64,000 bases of DNA. Source: a virus (lineage: Duplodnaviria > Caudoviricetes). The stretch is from IMG/VR virus record IMGVR_UViG_2904196114_000002; one strand, written 5' to 3'. The translations under genes were made by a program, and so were the position numbers. Numbering within the stretch: the first letter of the stretch is position 1; each line of letters starts with the position of its first letter. Below, piece by piece: positions 62,293 through 64,000 of the stretch. Under the pieces are notes generated by a model. It was not told the origin of the DNA. It was given only the letters and a program-made list of their open reading frames with translations, and ran no database searches.

Positions 62293-62670
62293 GTGGTCGT
62301 GATGGATGAAAAGATACTAGAATTATTACAGAAAATGGATAGTAATATTACTGAAATGAAACAGGACATCAATGATTTAAAAATTGGACAGGTTGAAACT
62401 AACAACAGACTTGATAACATGGACAAGCGATTTGATAGTATAGAAAATAGGCTTGACAGTATTGAAAAGAAACAAGATATACTATATAATCAATCTATTT
62501 CAACAGCAGAGGAAATGACTTCTATTAAAGATAACTTTGATGTGGTTGACATTAAGTTAAATGCAATAGAAACTAGAGTAATTAAGATTAATAGAAAGCT
62601 AAATGGAGCAACCGACCAAGTCGCTAGAAATATGGAACAATTAGAAGAAATAAAAATAAAATTACAATAA
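62293..62670 (+). CDS. Coiled-coil protein with heptad repeats
   Basis: RLDNMDKRFDSIENRLDSIEK repeats; RBS AAGGAG; terminator downstream. Confidence 0.7.
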   Translation: MVVMDEKILELLQKMDSNITEMKQDINDLKIGQVETNNRLDNMDKRFDSIENRLDSIEKKQDILYNQSISTAEEMTSIKDNFDVVDIKLNAIETRVIKINRKLNGATDQVARNMEQLEEIKIKLQ

Positions 62671-62714
62671 TACATAAAAAGTACTTGACATTTTGTTAAG
62701 TACTTTTATATTTT

Positions 62715-62783
62715 TAATTTTTCCGATGACTCGCATATTGATATATATATCTATATAAGTATGCAGGTTGTCGGATTTTTTTG
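62715..62783. repeat. Large imperfect palindrome, copy 2
   Basis: TCCGATGACTCGCATA-(TTGATATATATATCTATATAAG)-TATGCAGGTTGTCGGA. Confidence 0.8.
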
Positions 62784-62936
62784 ATATGGTTATATTATAA
62801 TACATTCTACACAATATAATATATTATACAAGCTATTATATGCCATTTTAAGCGTATTGTAATATGATTGCCTTATGTTTATACCTTTAGTTTTTAAAAT
62901 TGAATATAAAAATAAGCTAGAATATATATGTCTAGC

Positions 62937-63254
62937 TTACAGTAGTTTTTTTAATGTATTTATTTGTTCTTGTACTATTGTTTTACTTTTAGTGTCTAAC
63001 TCTCTATAATTATCTAATAGTTTGACTTCTTCTTCTTCAAGTTGTATATTTTCTCTATTATCTGTAAGACAAGTTATATAGTCTAATGATACATCATATA
63101 ATTTTGCTAACTCTTTCAATGTTTTTATATCTGCATCCCTTTTGTTGTTTTCATATCTACTGATTGAAATATCTGAAACATTTATAATTTGTGCTAACTC
63201 TTTAATTGTGTAGCCTTTTTCTTTTCTTAGTTCTCTTAATCTATCACTAATCAT
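62937..63254 (-). CDS. XRE-family HTH repressor
   Basis: YTIKELAQIINVSDISISRYENNKR...YDVSLDYI. Confidence 0.9.
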   Translation of the reverse strand: MISDRLRELRKEKGYTIKELAQIINVSDISISRYENNKRDADIKTLKELAKLYDVSLDYITCLTDNRENIQLEEEEVKLLDNYRELDTKSKTIVQEQINTLKKLL

Positions 63255-63314
63255 TTTATCACCTCTTTATATTTATTATAATATCATATATATTTATTAA
63301 GAACAATCAGTTAT

Positions 63315-63419
63315 ATATCCAATCGGTCGTATATCTAAATATATTAACATCCGTTTAGATATATTTTTTATTAAATTATAAAAATAAATATTGACAATAT
63401 ATCCGTTTGGATATATAAT
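63315..63419 (+). promoter_or_regulatory. Consensus sigma-A promoter with operators
   Basis: TTGACA(63391)-N17-TATAAT(63414); operator ATATCCGTTTGGATAT in the spacer, with variants at 63347 and 63315. Confidence 0.8.
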
Positions 63420-64000
63420 TAAATCATAGCAAGGGAGAACAAGAAAACACAAAGCCACCTCTCAAATGAAGTAACAGGCAAAGAACCTTCTTAAAACTCT
63501 AGCTAATATCTTAAAGGGTTCTATTAAAAAATATTAAACTACTATTAAAAAATTACTACCTTTAAGTTGACCTTTTAATGGTGTGAATGGTGAAAGGCAC
63601 ACAACACAAATATTACACATAGTTTTTTCTTCATTTTTTAACTACAAAAATGAATTAGTCATACCAGTTGGTGAGGTGTTCCCAACATTAAGTAATTAAG
63701 TAAATAAAATTAATAAAGGTTTCCAATTAAAGCCTACAAAAAATTGAGGTATCAACTTAGTTGCTTCTATAATGGCACTCAATACAATTTAATATGACAT
63801 AGCAGTTGTGAGGTACTGCGTTATAAAAAGTACTAAAGATTGAGCATTAAAATTATAGTTTGTACTGCTTGACACCTACATGGTTATAAACTATCTAATA
63901 TTTACTAGTATAATTTAAACTATTTATTAGATTATTTTAGTAAGTGTTAGAATACAACACTTAAATTATGATATAATAATAAAATAGGAGTGTGAACGGC

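Overview
This is a very AT-rich 64-kb segment of a large temperate siphophage of a Clostridium-type host. Gene content and small-gene families resemble the large episomal Clostridioides difficile phages of the phiCD211/phiCDIF1296T type (recognition from memory, not a search). From right to left it holds: (1) a repressor with a strong promoter and structured leader; (2) a plasmid-prophage maintenance module with a loxP/cer-like palindrome, an RHH gene plus ParM-like actin, two HTH Rep-like genes, iterons and DnaA-like boxes; (3) a long minus-strand operon with a sigma-like regulator, HU, a GIY-YIG gene, tRNA-Met and tRNA-Ser, a DIP1984-like coiled-coil gene followed by a structured heptad-repeat RNA, a metallophosphoesterase, terminase, portal, scaffold, capsid, head-tail and tail genes; (4) a ~13.5-kb accessory island with four antirepressors, two repressors, a LytTR regulator, a fused Type IIG restriction-modification enzyme and a Vsr-like nuclease; (5) a ~2,700-aa tape-measure gene split by an ORF-less 294-nt group I intron; (6) a toxin-antitoxin hotspot; (7) tail-tip, baseplate, RCC1-repeat and Gly-rich fibre genes. 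The best candidate for an undescribed system is the 205-aa coiled-coil gene (53427-54044) with its downstream ~295-nt closed, multi-helix RNA carrying a 7-nt periodic AAANNUN array (53109-53403). No CRISPR array, integrase or reverse transcriptase was seen in the window.
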